64,000 bases of DNA, from NCBI RefSeq assembly GCF_947568905.1, contig NC_079169.1, positions 38,130,001 through 38,194,000 of the forward strand. Direction: 5' to 3'. A program made the translations under genes and the position numbers. The notes under the pieces are model-generated. The model was not told the DNA's origin. It saw only the letters and a list, made by a program, of their open reading frames with translations, and did no database searches. Of this stretch, positions 12,401 to 27,400 are shown piece by piece (the first letter of the stretch is position 1; each line of letters starts with the position of its first letter). The DNA comes from Ostrea edulis. Its lineage: Eukaryota.

Positions 12401-15400
12401 CAGTTTACTTAAATTATGAAATCTACATACCAGACGGTGGGCAAGATCCTGTATTGACAAAAATGTCATCTACTGCAATATCTCCTTTGTAGCCTTTTCC
12501 TATTACACCTTCCAGCACAACCTGAGTACAAATAAAGGCTATAAATACAATTCATATTAAATGTAGAAAAGTTATTCTTTCTCATGTTAATTCACCTCTG
12601 GAACAGATCTCTGATAGGGATAATAAATTACATAAAATGCAGAGAACTGAGAGGGTAGGTCTGCCTGTGTTTATGGCATATAACACACTGAACCTCCAGT
12701 AGGTGTGGTCCTTGGTCCTTACCTGTGTGTCTGTTTGTCTGCATATGCTCTTTACCTGTGTGTCTGTTTGTCTGCGTATGTTCTTTACCTGTGTATTTGT
12801 TTGTGTCTGTATGTTCTTTACCTGTGTATTTGTTTGTCTGTGTATGTTCTTTACCTGTGTATTTGTTTGTCTGTATGTTCTTTACCTGTGTGTTTGTTTT
12901 TTTGTATATGTTCTTTACCTGTGTGTCTGTTTGTCTGTGTATGCTCTTTACCTGTGTGTCTGTTTGTCTGTGTATGTTCTTTACCTGTGTATTTGTTTGT
13001 GTGTGTATGCTCTTTACCTGTGTATTTGTTTGTGTGTGTATGTTCTTTACCTGTGTGTTTGTTTGTCTGTGTATGTTCTTTACCTGTGTGTTTGTTTGTC
13101 TGTGTATGTTCTTTACCTGTGTATTTGTTTGTGTGTGTATGTTCTTTACCTGTGTGTTTGTTTGTCTGTGTATGTTCTTTACCTGTGTGTCTGTTTGTCT
13201 GTGTATGTTCTTTACCTGTGTGTCTGTTTGTGTGTGTATGCTCTTTACCTGTGTATTTGTTTGTGTGTGTATGTTCTTTACCTGTGTGTTTGTTTGTGTG
13301 TGTATGTTCTTTACCTGTGTATTTGTTTGTGTGTGTATGTTCTTTACCTGTGTATTTGTTTGTGTGTATATGTTCTTTACCTGTGTGTTTGTTTGTGTGT
13401 GTATGTTCTTTACCTGTGTGTTTGTTTGTCTGTGTATGTTCTTTACCTGTGTATTTGTTTGTGTGTGTATGTTCTTTACCTGTGTATTTGTTTGACTGTG
13501 TGTGTATGTTCTTTACCTGTGTATTTGTTTGACTGTGTGTGTATGTTCTTTACCTGTGTATTTGTTTGTGTGTGTATGTTCTTTACCTGTGTATTTGTTT
13601 GACTGTGTGTGTATGCTCTTTACCTGTGTATTTGTTTGACTGTGTGTGTATGTTCTTTACCTGTGTGTTTGTTTGTCTGTGTATGTTCTTTACCTGTGTA
13701 TTTGTTTGTCTGTGTATGTTGTTTACCTGTGTATTTGTTTGTCTGTGTATGTTCTTTACCTGTGTATTTGTTTGACTGTGTGTGTATGCTCTTTACCTGT
13801 GTATTTGTTTGTGTGTGTATGCTCTTTACCTGTGTATTTGTTTGTCTGTGTATGTTCTTTACCTGTGTATTTGTTTGTCTGTGTATGTTCTTTACCTGTG
13901 TGTTTGTTTGTCTGTGTATGTTCTTTACCTGTGTATTTGTTTGTCTGTGTATGTTCTTTACCTGTGTGTTTGTTTGTCTGTGTATGTTCTTTACCTGTGT
14001 ATTTGCTTGTCTGTGTATGTTCTTTACCTGTGTGTTTGTTTGTGTGTGTATGCTCTTTACCTGTGTATTTGTTTGTGTGTGTATGTTCTTTACCTGTGTG
14101 TTTGTCTGTCTGTGTATGCTCTTTACCTGTGTATGTTCTTTGCCTATGTATTTGTTTGTGTGTGTATGTTCTTTACCTGTGTGTTTGTCTGTCTGTGTAT
14201 GCTCTTTACCTGTGTATGTTCTTTACCTGTGTATTTGTTTGTGTGTGTATGTTCTTTACCTGTGTGTTTGTTTGTGTGTGTATGTTCTTTACCTGTGTGT
14301 TTGTTTGTCTGTGTATGCTGTTTACCTGTGTGTTTGTTTGTCTGTGTATGTTCTTTACCTATGTGTTTGTTTGTCTGTGTATGCTTTTTACCTGTGTATT
14401 TGTTTGTATGTTCTTTACCTGTGTGTCTGTTTGTCTGTGTATGCTCCTTATCTGTGTGTTTGTGTATGGTCCTTGCCTGTGTATTTGTTTGCATGTTTTT
14501 TACCTGTATGTTTGTTTGTGTGTTTCTTGGAGGAGTAAGTGATGTCAGATTGATGAAGACAGATGCAAACTTCCATTGCAGTCCCTGATTTCCAACCTTA
14601 GTCCAAATAGCTGTTCCCATATTACCATCTAAACATCAGAACACATCTTTTTTAGAACAAATCTTTCAAACCACTCTTTAAACAATGCAATATGATTAAA
14701 TTGATCATATTTTAAGTATCTACCACTTCAAAGCATTTTCAAATGCAGAAATTTAGTATTCAACGATTTGAGAAATGAAAACACAGCTTACATGCATTAG
14801 CGTACACGTTGAGTCGGTTGATGTCTGATCCATACATGTTGTACCAGAATTTGATACACTTTCCTGTACTGTCTAATGGCATCTGAGGGCTGACGTATTG
14901 AGCTGTGTCATTTGGATGCCTTCCACTGGCCTCAGTATATATGTATTTACCTAATAAAAACAGACTCTCCTATAGATGAGCATATTGAAAAATTACCTCT
15001 TCCTACCAATGTACACACAGTAAAACACACTTATGACAAAAACACATATAATGAATTTATGCTTATCAATGTGAAGATATAGTTATTCCCTTATGGGAGG
15101 AAATTAACAAATATTGTATTGGATATAATGAAATCTATTTATTACAAACTATTTTTCACTGTCCCTGGAGATTTGCTATAGAGTTTTACTTTATCAATCG
15201 TATTGCTAGAAGCATTATGTACTGTAGTGTAAATTTATGACAAAATAAAATATCTTATAAACATCGGACAAGTTACTAGAAAATGTAAGACTTTTTACCT
15301 TAAATGATTGACTTGAACATTTTTATTCATTTACCCAGCATGTGATGGAAACAGTGATGCAACATACTGGGACTGAATCTGGGTCATCAGGAACATGATC

Positions 15401-18400
15401 ACTAAACGATCCGTCACTCAGTCAGGAACATGATCACTAAACGATCCGTCACTCAGTCAGGAACACGATCACTAAACGATCCGTCACTCAGTCAGGAACA
15501 CGATCACTAAACGATCTGTCAGTCAGTCAGGAACATGATCACTAAACGATCCGTCACTCAGTCAGGAACACGATCACTAAACGATCCGTCAGTCAGTCAG
15601 GAACATGATCACTAAACGATCCGTCACTCAGTCAGGAACATGATCACTAAATGATCCATCACTCAGTCAGGAACATGATCACTAAACGATCCGTCACTCA
15701 GTCAGGAACATGATCACTAAACGATCCGCCACTCAGTCAGGAACACGATCACTAAACGATACAAACCAGCTATGCTGGTCAGTAAACATTCCTCTAAATA
15801 AAACACTGTCATGTTCTCACACCTCAAGATTCAACTGACCCAAGTTGAACACTTCCCTCCCCCCTTCCCCAAATATCTTGGATCAAGGGTCAGACGAATC
15901 TGTTTTGTGAGAGGAGAGAGAATGTGACACAACATGCCAGCAACAGGGGCTGAACACAGTCCAACAACAGGAATGTTACCAAAAGACCAAAATGTCTGAA
16001 CTCGCTAGGCTGGTAAGTAAACAACCCTCCATACCCAACACCTCATCACAATTCATATATTACACTTACAATGCTGTTTCTTGACATAGTTTTTACCAGA
16101 CGCATGATTCTTACCTCGGCTACTTTGAAGGGTGTGGTCAAACTTGGGTCCTGTAAAACCTGATGAAGTTCCTCCAGAATGAGTGCTCCAATTAAACTGA
16201 TCATTAGAATTTTGGGTCCACTGGCAGGGGGTGGGACCATCAAACGTACAGTCATACTTGGTGGGGGCTGTTGATTGGAGAAACATGCATACATAATTTT
16301 ATAATCATCAGAAATGTCAGATAGCGGTACAATGTCCATTCAGTATCAGACCAGCATGTCCAATTACGAGCTGTGTCTAAAATGTATTTCAATGCCATGA
16401 TAAATACAGTAAATATTTTTATAAGATACATGATTTATCCGGTAAATCTTTTTACAAGATACATGCCCGGCTACACGATTTATATGGTAAATCTTTTTAT
16501 AAGATACATGCCCGTCTACACGATTTATACGGTAAATCTTTTTATAAGATACATGCCCGTCTACACGATTTATCCAGTGAATCTTTTTACATGAAATATC
16601 CATGCCTCTATGATTAATTTCATTTATCACTTGCAGGTCTTGTACCCATAGTGTTGTTAACGTTTATTTCTGAGAGATGTTAAAACAATTATCTAATGGA
16701 TATTTTTCTTGGTGAGTGATCATTGTTTAGCAGTTTATTTGGAACTCAGAGCAAAAGTATTGTCTATTTTGAGACAACAATCCTAAATAACACAAATAAA
16801 GCATAAAATTATTTCATAAACTTGATAACATCCCTTGTCAATATGAAATTCAATACGGTACTTCCTGTGGATTTTACGAGGATACACGAGGTATAGTAGA
16901 TCACTTTTATTTTGCGGGACCTTATTTTCAGGTAGATACAATGATGTATTTATTCATGAGAGATAACTTAATTTCTTGAATCATTATTCATTGCTGAATT
17001 CATCTATATCTAAGAGTTTATTCCCGAGAACTAAATTTTTGCGAATGGCAAGTCTTGCAAAATTACGCGTAAATAATATTCTCTTGAATAAAGAATTATT
17101 TAAAGTATTGCATTAAAGTAATTTAGAATGCATATTAGGAACATTGTCAAATCTTTATGACCAGTCTTGCTCTAATTTACCAAAGGAATTCGGAAAATCA
17201 TAAACTCACGGTACGACACAGTGGATACTGCCATTGGTGTAGTCATGGCTGTGGTTTGTGAGGCACAAGTTCCACTTTGGATCATAACATCATCAATGGC
17301 AATGTCTCCAGAAAAGCCATTTCCTACTTCTCCATCAAATGTGATCTAACAAAATTAATAGTCAATAACAATTAGACAGCCATTAAAAAAATCAATTCAA
17401 ACAAGCAAGTTTTGATGTACCCTTCTTATTTCCCTCTAGGGAACTCTCATACTTGTGCAGTGTGAAAAGAATTCTGTAGGATATATATACAAATACCTAT
17501 CAATAACAAGTGCTAATGCCTATCATGTTATTTCATTGCTTATATCATCTATAAGAAAAGATTATATAATTGCAATAATGCATCATTTTTATATTTTCTG
17601 TGTAGTAAAACATTTTTTTCATTTTTCTTTTATATTTTCACAGTGTTACATCGAACAGAATATGCAGATATATGCCTTCAATATTTTGATCATTTTTCTC
17701 TCTGTCCCCCAATAAGGATCTAAAGTACCACTAAATGCACCTCCAACACATAAGAGCGCAAGTCTCAAAATTGGTGCATTAGCTTATTATGGATATAATT
17801 TGTGAATTTTCTGAGCAGTGGGCATCACAACTCAACTGAAGGTGAAACAAAGTACAAGCAGTCCTACCTGGAAGCCCACAGAGCTTGCGACATCCACGTT
17901 AGCCTGCAGCCAGATATTCTGGTGGTTACCTGTGGCATTCCAAACCATCACACTCCTCCTTGAAATGTCAGGTTTGTACAGGCGCAGGGCTCCCACATCT
18001 GTAACACCCAGGAAAAAGCACAAGTGTAGTTCATAGATATTTCATAATCAGAATTAAAAGAATATAAAAGTTTATCGTTGCAACAATAAAAAAAATAAGA
18101 AAACCTACCTCCTGTTTCATATGCATAGTACAGTGAAACCTGTCTAATAGACATGCACAGGGAGACCAGTTTTTTTGTTGGAATACAGTGTGTCTGAATA
18201 AACAGTGTATGAAAGAATGAAAATATGAAATAGAAAATGAAAATTATAGGGGTCAGAATGCCCCGTGATATGTATTGCACAGGTGTCAGATTAGACAGTT
18301 TTCACTGAACATCATAATAACTTCCGTGATTTGAGAATCTTAAAAGTAACTCGAGATTGAAAAACAAATATCTCCCCAGCTCCCCAAATAGGAAGTGCTC

Positions 18401-21400
18401 CAAATGAAACCTCCTCCCCTTAATGTACTGCATGGTATGGAGGAGAAAGCATGAGCAGGAACATAGACATTATGAACTCCCATAAGCCACATCGGAGAAG
18501 TGTTCACAAACTATTTTACACCCTCTACCCCTCAGATCCACTATAACTTTAAGTATAACTATTGGATCCTCCTGTCCATACAATATGTACATCTGCAAAT
18601 GCCAATGAAGCATTGCACAAAATTTCAAGACTATCAGAAAAGCCATATAGGAGGAAAAGCATCCACAATCTATCTTAACAGCCTCCACCCCTCTTAGATT
18701 CACTAAAACTTTAAGGAAAATAATTAGATCCACCTGTCCCGAAAATATGCACATCTACAAATGGCAATGAAGTATTGCACAAAGTTTCAAATCCATCCAA
18801 TAAGACATATAAGAGGAGAAGTGTTCACAAGTTATTTTACATCCTCCACCCCTCTCAGATCCACTGTAACTTTTAGGAAAATAATTGGATCCTCCTGTCC
18901 CGAAAATATGCACATCTGCAAATGGCAATGAAGCATTGCACAAAGTTTCAAATCTATCTGATAAGCCATATAGGAGAAGTGTTCACAAGCTATTTTATGT
19001 CCTCCTCCCCTCTTAGATCCACTATAACTTTTAGGAAAATCATTGGATCCTCATGTCCCACCAATATGCACAAATACAAATGGCAATGGCAATCTATCTG
19101 ATAAGCCATATAGGAGGAGAGGCGTTCACAAAATTTTGCAACAGACATATGGACAAAAAGTACAAAAACAATGTCTCCCCCTGAAAGAGGGGGGACATAA
19201 TTATCACGAACCCCAGTGGTGGATACACATCATATGAAGCTAATCACTGTTCAGTTTTTATATTACTCTGGTTACCCGATGATTACATACTTGGTCCATT
19301 CATGTTGTACCAGAAGCTGACACACGAAGCCGAGGTTCGAGGAAAATACGGACTGTATAACCAAGCTCTCTGGCCCCGATTTCTGCCGGTAGACTCAATG
19401 TACATGTAAAATCCTGAAATTCAGTACAAATGAAATAAAACATGACCATAATTCCCCAATTAATAGGGACCCTCCCCCCCCCCCCCATTCCTGAAACAAT
19501 TATTTGTAATATCTGTTCAATTGAAAATATCTTACTTGAACATATATTACAATTCTGTTTACAGTAAAACATGGTTATAGCAAACCTCCAGGGACAACGA
19601 AAGAGTTTGCTATAACCAAATTTCATTGTCCAATAACATTTCTGTTATTTCCTATCACTATGTAAAAACGTAAATTCAGTATAAGCTTGTCTTACTGTAT
19701 ATATTCAATAAGTCAAATTATTAACTTTAAAATACCTCAAAGTTCAACCAATAAAGATAATAACTTTAAAATACCTCTGTCTGAGCCAGTGGTATGGTCT
19801 ACCGTTGGTCCCGTGTTGGGTGTCAATGTGGCACCAGCACTCCTCTGCCAATCAAAGTTGTCTCCCTTCCGTGTGTTACTGTACCCACACGTATCAATCT
19901 CAAAATCACAGGAGCCTGGCTGGGGACACTGGCCTGGCAGGATCTTGATATCATCGAGAGCCGTGTCACCCATGTACCCATTACTAACCACCCCTTCAAA
20001 CACAAGCTACAAAGAGGATATGTACACATAATATATGATGAACACTTATTAAAAATAATTCTTCTCAATTCTATTACATCACGTACACAGTAGATGTAGC
20101 TTATACTTCTGTGTAGTGTAAATTTCTGCCATGTTAGCAGTCTCGAGATATCTACAGATTGAATTATAAACCCGTGAATATGAAGTTCATTGGGTTTTTG
20201 GGGGGGGGGGGGGGGGGGGGGGGGCTTGGCTTAATTCCAAATTGTAACTAATATCAACAAAGTCGAGGAAATGAAGAGGAGAGAGGAGTCTGATATTTTA
20301 TTATTATACTACAGGATTTTTAAAGTACATCTATTAAATATAATACAAAATGACTCTAAAAGCACTGTACAGGATTTTAAAACATGTACATGTAAATGAC
20401 ATATTAAATTTAAAAATATATAAAACATATCAAATAAAACAGTTACAATTCAAATTATCAATAAGTTAAGAATTGTAAGCATATAAAAATTTAAAGATTT
20501 GCATGAAAAACAAACACAACTGTACAAAATATACAATTTATAACAGAATATCAAGTAGACAGCGATAAATATTGTTGGCAAATCAAAGTGATTTCTCACC
20601 ATTGAAAAACTGATGAACAAGACCTCAGTACTGTTAAGTTTTTAAGGGGCATGAAGCCTCAAAGCCGACCTTTTAAAGGTATCAAAAATCATGTTAACAC
20701 ATTGGTAAGTAGCACAAAAATTATCAGTAGGATAATTGTAAAATTTAGTGTAGAAAAAGACCTTATAATTCTAAAATATTTCATAATGGGACAATATATT
20801 TAGGAAATACATTCAGGTCTCCAGAGTGCCACATTACTTGTCCTTTGACCTCTGTAGAGACTTGACTAAATTAATTAGCCTCATAATGGAGTATGTATAT
20901 ACCTGTATGATGTGTTGAAAATGTAGACAAAAAGGGAATACTGCAGGCAAAGGGTGACTAAGACCATTATAACTTAATACGTTTCATCAAATCAAACAAA
21001 AGTCGATATGACTAATTGTTTAGCTCACCTGGAACACAACATTAGATTTGACAGACTGTTTAGCTCACCTGGAACACAACATTAGATTTGACAGACTGTT
21101 TAGCTCACCTGGAACACGCCCTTAGACTTGACAGTCACCGCCTGGTACAACCAGCGATAAACTTGTTGGTCCCCTGTCCTATTGAACAACAGTATGTCTG
21201 GATTGCCACTATTGGGACGTAGATAAACATTGAGTTCTCCTGAATTATTCCCCTGCATGTAGTACCAGAATTGTAGGCAGTCTCCATTTGATGTTGGTAA
21301 GTAGACCTTACTGACAATTCTGGCTTTGTCTCCCTTTGATCTTGGGGCTGATGACTCGATGTAGATAAAGTAGCCTAAAGGTAAATAAAGATAAGGATTA

Positions 21401-24400
21401 TATGTCACAGCATCAACAGAAATAGCCTTGGCCACAAAGAAATGTGTTTCTGGGAGACAGACTGATTTTTCCAAACCTGAATTCTTACAAAAATTCCTTA
21501 TACGTTAAGTATATATAGAAAAGCACAATTATAGCGAACCTCCAGGACCAGCGAAAAACAGACACTTTTGACCAAACTTTGTTATATCCAATGAAATTTT
21601 TGTTATTTTCCTCTCATAGGGGAATAAATATCACTTTGCAATAAGCGTGAAATCATTATAAGTGTGTTAGTTATAAGTGTGTTTTATTGTTACAGTAATA
21701 TACATGAAAGTGTTCTTTGTAAATATAAACATTTCACACCAAATATGTCCTAGCATCTCCGAAACAACAGTACAATCATTTCCTTTAAGATATCTAAACA
21801 TTATTCTGCAAATTGATTGAATGGAGAGTAACAATGGTACCAAGCATTAAAAAATTATTCAAATTTAATGCTATTTCCAATACACATCAGATACTATATT
21901 ATCAGAGCAGGGATGTCAAATTTTACACTTTTTTAAATACTCATCAGATAATGTATTATCAGAGCAGGGATGTCAAATTTTACACTTTTTTTAATACTCA
22001 TCAGATAATGTATTATTAGAGCAGGGATGTCAAATTTTACACTTTTTTTAATACTCATCAGATAATGTATTATCAGAGAAGGGATGTCACAAAATTAATA
22101 CACAGAGACTGTGAATTTAATTTTGCAGGAAAAAATTAACCACAAAATGGACAAATTAAAATCACTCTTGAGGATTCTCATTGAGGCACTTTTCTATCTG
22201 ACAGTAGAAATCACAAGCTTATGTATTGTATATAACATGTGACACTTTTCTATTTGACAGTAGAAATCACAAGCTTATGTATCATATATAACCTGTCACA
22301 CTCCCCCCCCCCCAAAAAAAAACTTACAATTTAAGAAAAATTTGAAAAACACTGTAATTCTTAACAATTATCAGCAAAACAAGTACATAACTCTGTGATA
22401 AAACTTGCTTAGGACTGTTCCAGAAATGATCAAATGGGGGGGTTGGGCGGCAAACGATATTTTTTTGTGTGGGTGGTCGTATTTTTTCAGATTTTATTTG
22501 GTCCGTGGTTGGACTGTTAATAAAATATTTATTATGGGCAGTGGGTAGTTTCTATTGTTTTTTAATTTTGTGCCACGCAGATGTTGAGTTTTCAGAATAT
22601 TTTTATTGTCGCTCTTGTCGTGTTGGTTACAAAACGATGGAGGGAAAATTGAAAATGTGCTTTCGAAATGCTGCTTTCGAAATCGGAAATCGGAAGTAAC
22701 ATAGAACTATTCGAGTTGTCGCTCTTTGCAGCGCATAACTTTCCATTACGGCACTCTTCAAATTAGAGGCGCGTTTAGTAGGGTCCGTTGGGACGTGATG
22801 GCGGCGAACTCTGTTCTGTAGATTATTACAGTTTACAGTGCATCGATTTTGGGAATATTTTGAAACCAATAGGTATTCCGTTTTCTAATAAAAATAGGCA
22901 AACCTTGGTTGATTTATGCGAGGGTAACTATGCGTTATATTTATCAGTCTGTGATGGTGATATAGAGGCCTCCGGGCGCGGGCTCCATTAGAAGACGAAC
23001 GATTCGTGGAAAAACATATCCATACCCATTTCATGATAATAGCATCGCTTGGACTCCCAATCTTTCCAACATTCCCGTCACAGATGTCTTTGATTGTTGA
23101 TGTGACATCATTTCTTCGGAACTACTGTGATACAATGTCGCACAGGTATTACCGCGTCATTGACTAATATGTTGACGGTGCTACCGTTTGAGCGAGGGCA
23201 GCTTCATATATGTGCATATTTTGTAATGTTCATGCTTTGATCAGGTTCAATTTAAACAATATCTATTTGCAAAATACTCATTACATGAATTTTCTCCCAG
23301 GGTTTTATATTAAAAATCATTAAAACATGTATACATGAATGTGATTTAAATATTTTTATGCTATATAGTATATATACATTTTATTTCTGCTGCCTTCACT
23401 GTGACTTGCTTAAACTTTGATGCACGACCTGTTCTGAACTGTATGTTCTCAGCCTCTACTTCTTTTTTTCTACTCTCAATCTTTTCAAAGTTACTAATTG
23501 TATGATAAAAATGCCTAAACCTTTCAAGTTTGTAAAACTATGTTTAAACAGCACTGTCTTTGAACACAAAGCGCATTTCAATATGTCATGAAAATTTAAA
23601 AATAAATCGATAAATTCAACTATTTGGCATGTATATGCCCCCCCCCCCCCCCCCCCCCCCCCTGCGAACCTATCTAATTAGAAAAATAAAATTCATATGA
23701 TAATCCCCTTGTAGCAATGGTATGTTCTAAAAGAGAAAATTAGAACAAGTTTTATAATATTGTACATAATCCTAGTTGTAACACAATGAAGAAATATTTC
23801 AGCATTCACATATAATCATTGAATAAAATTGCAACATCATTGATTTCAGTCCCTCTCCTGGAATGCAGTTGTTGTGAGGAAACATTAATTAAGATCAATT
23901 TACAAAACTAGAATTAAGGATTTTTCAGTCGTTAATTTATTTAGCAAGTGGCATGGGGTTGGTTATCATGAGGGAGGGAGGGAGGGGGGGTTGTCATCGT
24001 GGTTTGCATTACCAGACATGTTAAAAGGAAATGGATTGAAGCATTTGTTATTTTTAGTCACGGGAAAAAAACCAAAGATTTTAAAAAAATATTTTCAATC
24101 CAATCGATTTTTTGTAATTTTTTAAATACCACTAATTCAGTACCTGTGGTCCCTCACGTATTCTAACAATTTTTAAGAAGTTAGTCTCCCTTTTTTTTTG
24201 TTGGTTAGAATAATAAATTGCTATTGAGAATTTAGTATTTTAATGTTCACGTAATAATAATGTCCCGGTAGTATGACTTTTAACAAGTACGTATTTAGAT
24301 CCGCCACTGTCTGCCTTATCATGACGTACGTCAAACGTAGACGTGACGTCACACATCATCTTAGCCTGCCTTTCATAAACATTGCACTCCGTTAAACATT

Positions 24401-27400
24401 TCGCCTAATGGTGCACTAAATTTTGGAGCTAGGAGGCCACAAGATTAGGATGATATTCTGCTTAAGGTCACAATCATATTCCAAGGTGTGACTTGGCGAG
24501 ATCTCAGCCATTTTTGACAAGGGACTTCTGGGATTGGTGACAAAAAATTTTCCTTGTTAGAGGTTGAGATTTAGCTCGGATTATTTCCCGCGCTTTAGTC
24601 ATTAGAGCTCGCAGTACGAGCCTGCGCTTGCTACTAGAATGTTTGTCCCGAAAACATCGCGAGATTTGTACTGTTTTCATTTTTTGAAATATTTTTGTGG
24701 TGGGTCTGGTTAAGTTTTTTTTTAATTAGATGGGTCATTGTAAAATGAGTTATATTAATTTGATGGGTCATGGGGCAATTTCTTATATTTTTTTTATGGG
24801 TGCTTGGTATATACAAAAGGTGCCTCCCTACCCCCCCATGTATTTATTTCTGGAATAGCCCTTAGGGTATTGTGGCACTTGGTTTAGCAAAAGATGAAGA
24901 CATCATATTTTTGTGTTAGCCTCTGAAACTTTTCATTAATGCTTGGTAAGACAAAACATGGCAGTATTTTAGGGCTGTGCGGTGCACCAAAAATTTCGGT
25001 GCACCACGATTCATACCATTCGATTCGATGCACTGATTACAAATTCCGGATTTCGGTTCGGTTTAGATTTTACATACACCAAAACAACAAATATGGCGTC
25101 TGAGTGATCATCTTGGCTAGCGAAGATGCCAAGTGATGTGCATAACATGAGGTTTTTTATGCAACAGAGATTTAAATAAGTACTGTGTTGAGAGTTAGCA
25201 GTTTTACCACTCAGATACCAACAGAATATGGTCCGTAATATCATTGCAGTTTATCTTTACATGACATATAGCATTTTTGTTAGTGGACAAGTGGTGGAGT
25301 GAAATCAACATCGTAGGTAATGACACAGATTTGACAGTTAATATGAGAGAAGTAAATCAATAAAGGAAAGATTTTAAAAGACTTTCAATTGATAGAATTG
25401 TTGAATTTTTACATATCAATAAAAACAATATCATATACATTTTAGATTCACTATAGATTTGTTTAATAATCCAAAACTTATGCAGCACATTAATATAACA
25501 AATTTTAATAGACTGTCAATGTTTTCTTTTTTCTATCAAAGTTATAAAATGTCATTATGAATAGAGATATTATGTTAACTAATGACGACATAAAGTTATA
25601 TAACTTGAATAAAATAAAATCAAATATGCTACTCATTAAAATTGTTAATTTTTGTGCTGTCAGTAGATAAATTGGACCTAACATGAACCGAATCGAAAAT
25701 AACCGAACCGTGCTGTTCTGAATCGAAACCGAACCAAATCGAGCTAACCCTGAATCGTCCCAGCCCTAGAGTATTTCCACAACAAACCAACACATTTCAT
25801 TCTCCAAAATAATGTACGACGATGTAATAAAAACTACACATACCGTACTGACTTTCAGTTGTGTGGTCATATGGTGGACCTGTGTATTTAGAGAGGGTTC
25901 CATTTCTTGTTCTTGTCCAATCAAAGTCATCATTTATGTCCTGTGTCCAATCACAGAACCCAGCCTCAAAGTCACATATTCCTATCAAACAAAAAATACA
26001 GGTATTTGTAATTCCTATCACACAAAAAATACAATTTGTCATTTTTCACAAAAGAGACCACAGAAACTCAGCAATCTTTGTGACATTAGAATTTATACGT
26101 TTAGGAGGACATGCTCCATATACGACGCTGATGTCATCCAAGGCAATGTCTCCTTGCCAACTGCTTCCAACTACTCCTTCAAACACAACCTGCAAATACA
26201 TGATGAAAGTATAATTTTTCATTTTTTTCTTTCTTTCTTAATTCTAAGCATTTCAAATGACTATTCCAGATCTGACATTCAAATGCCTGGTAAAATTCAT
26301 AGTAATTCATAGTTTACACAACACCTCTCTGAATAAAGGTAGTAGAAATATTTCTATGAAATGGTCTATTGTTTTTTAAAAATGCATGTGCTTGTATAAC
26401 AATAGGTTTCATTTAGGATGTTACTTCATAGGGCTGAGGACTGTTGATGCTTTGTAATCCTTGTTTCCAGACATTTCCTTGTGTTCCGGATTGAGTCCAG
26501 ATAAGTGACCTGTTTCCATTTGGAGTCTGTTGGTAAACATTCAGTGTATTGACATGGGCTCCAAACATGTGATACCAGAATTTTAAACACATTCCAGAAG
26601 TGGGTGTGGCTTTGTTGATACCAGAGGAGATTATAGCCCTTTCACCTTGGCGTCTGGGGGCAGAAGTCTCAATGTAGATATAGTATCCTAAGAAGAATAA
26701 AAATTTTGTCATTACTTATTACTTCATTCTTCTCAGTTATAACTTGCTTGAAATGAACTTGTTTAGTTTGTTAGAACATTTATACATGTAATTCTCTCTA
26801 TTAGGATCCAATTTTTCTTGAGAAGCTCTAGTTAAGGTTACATAAAATCCTGATGCTGCATGATGATGATGAACCAACCTTTCCCCGTGGTGTGGTCTCG
26901 ATCTGGTCCTGTTCCCACGGTGGGTGAATGGAGGTTACTTCTCGTCCAATCAAAATCATCTTTTTGGTTCTGGATGTATCCACAGAATCCAGACTCAAAG
27001 GTACAATTCAGTACTGAAAAGAGAGTACACAACATAAAAGGTACAATCCAGTACTGAAAAGAGAATATGCACGAGTACACATAATATAAAGTATACAAAA
27101 CAATCAATGAGAAAAATCACAAAGACAACATTTTAAACCATTTATACATAGAAAAATTTTTCAATATGTACATTGTTTTGAACTAAGAAATTTTGTTTAC
27201 TGTATTCAACAATACGCACAAAACTTTCAGCAGTTTCTACATGTCTGTTTTCTGTTTTTGCCTATGCGTCCTTAGGTGCACATAGAGGATAAATAAGTAC
27301 AAGCCTGTTGAAAACTGTGGCTTGATGAAGATGTTATATAGCTTACCATTGGCTGATGCATTAAATATGTTAGGCTTACCATTGGCTGATGCATTGAATA

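Noticed and set aside
12703-14588. 250-300 aa Cys/Val-rich plus-strand ORFs
   Set aside because: Stop-free translations of a TG-rich 33-nt minisatellite in all three frames; not a gene.
20198-20224. Long poly-G/poly-C tracts (also about 23638, 47002 and 60779) as G-quadruplex regulators
   Set aside because: Homopolymer tracts with no other support; their lengths are unreliable in assemblies.
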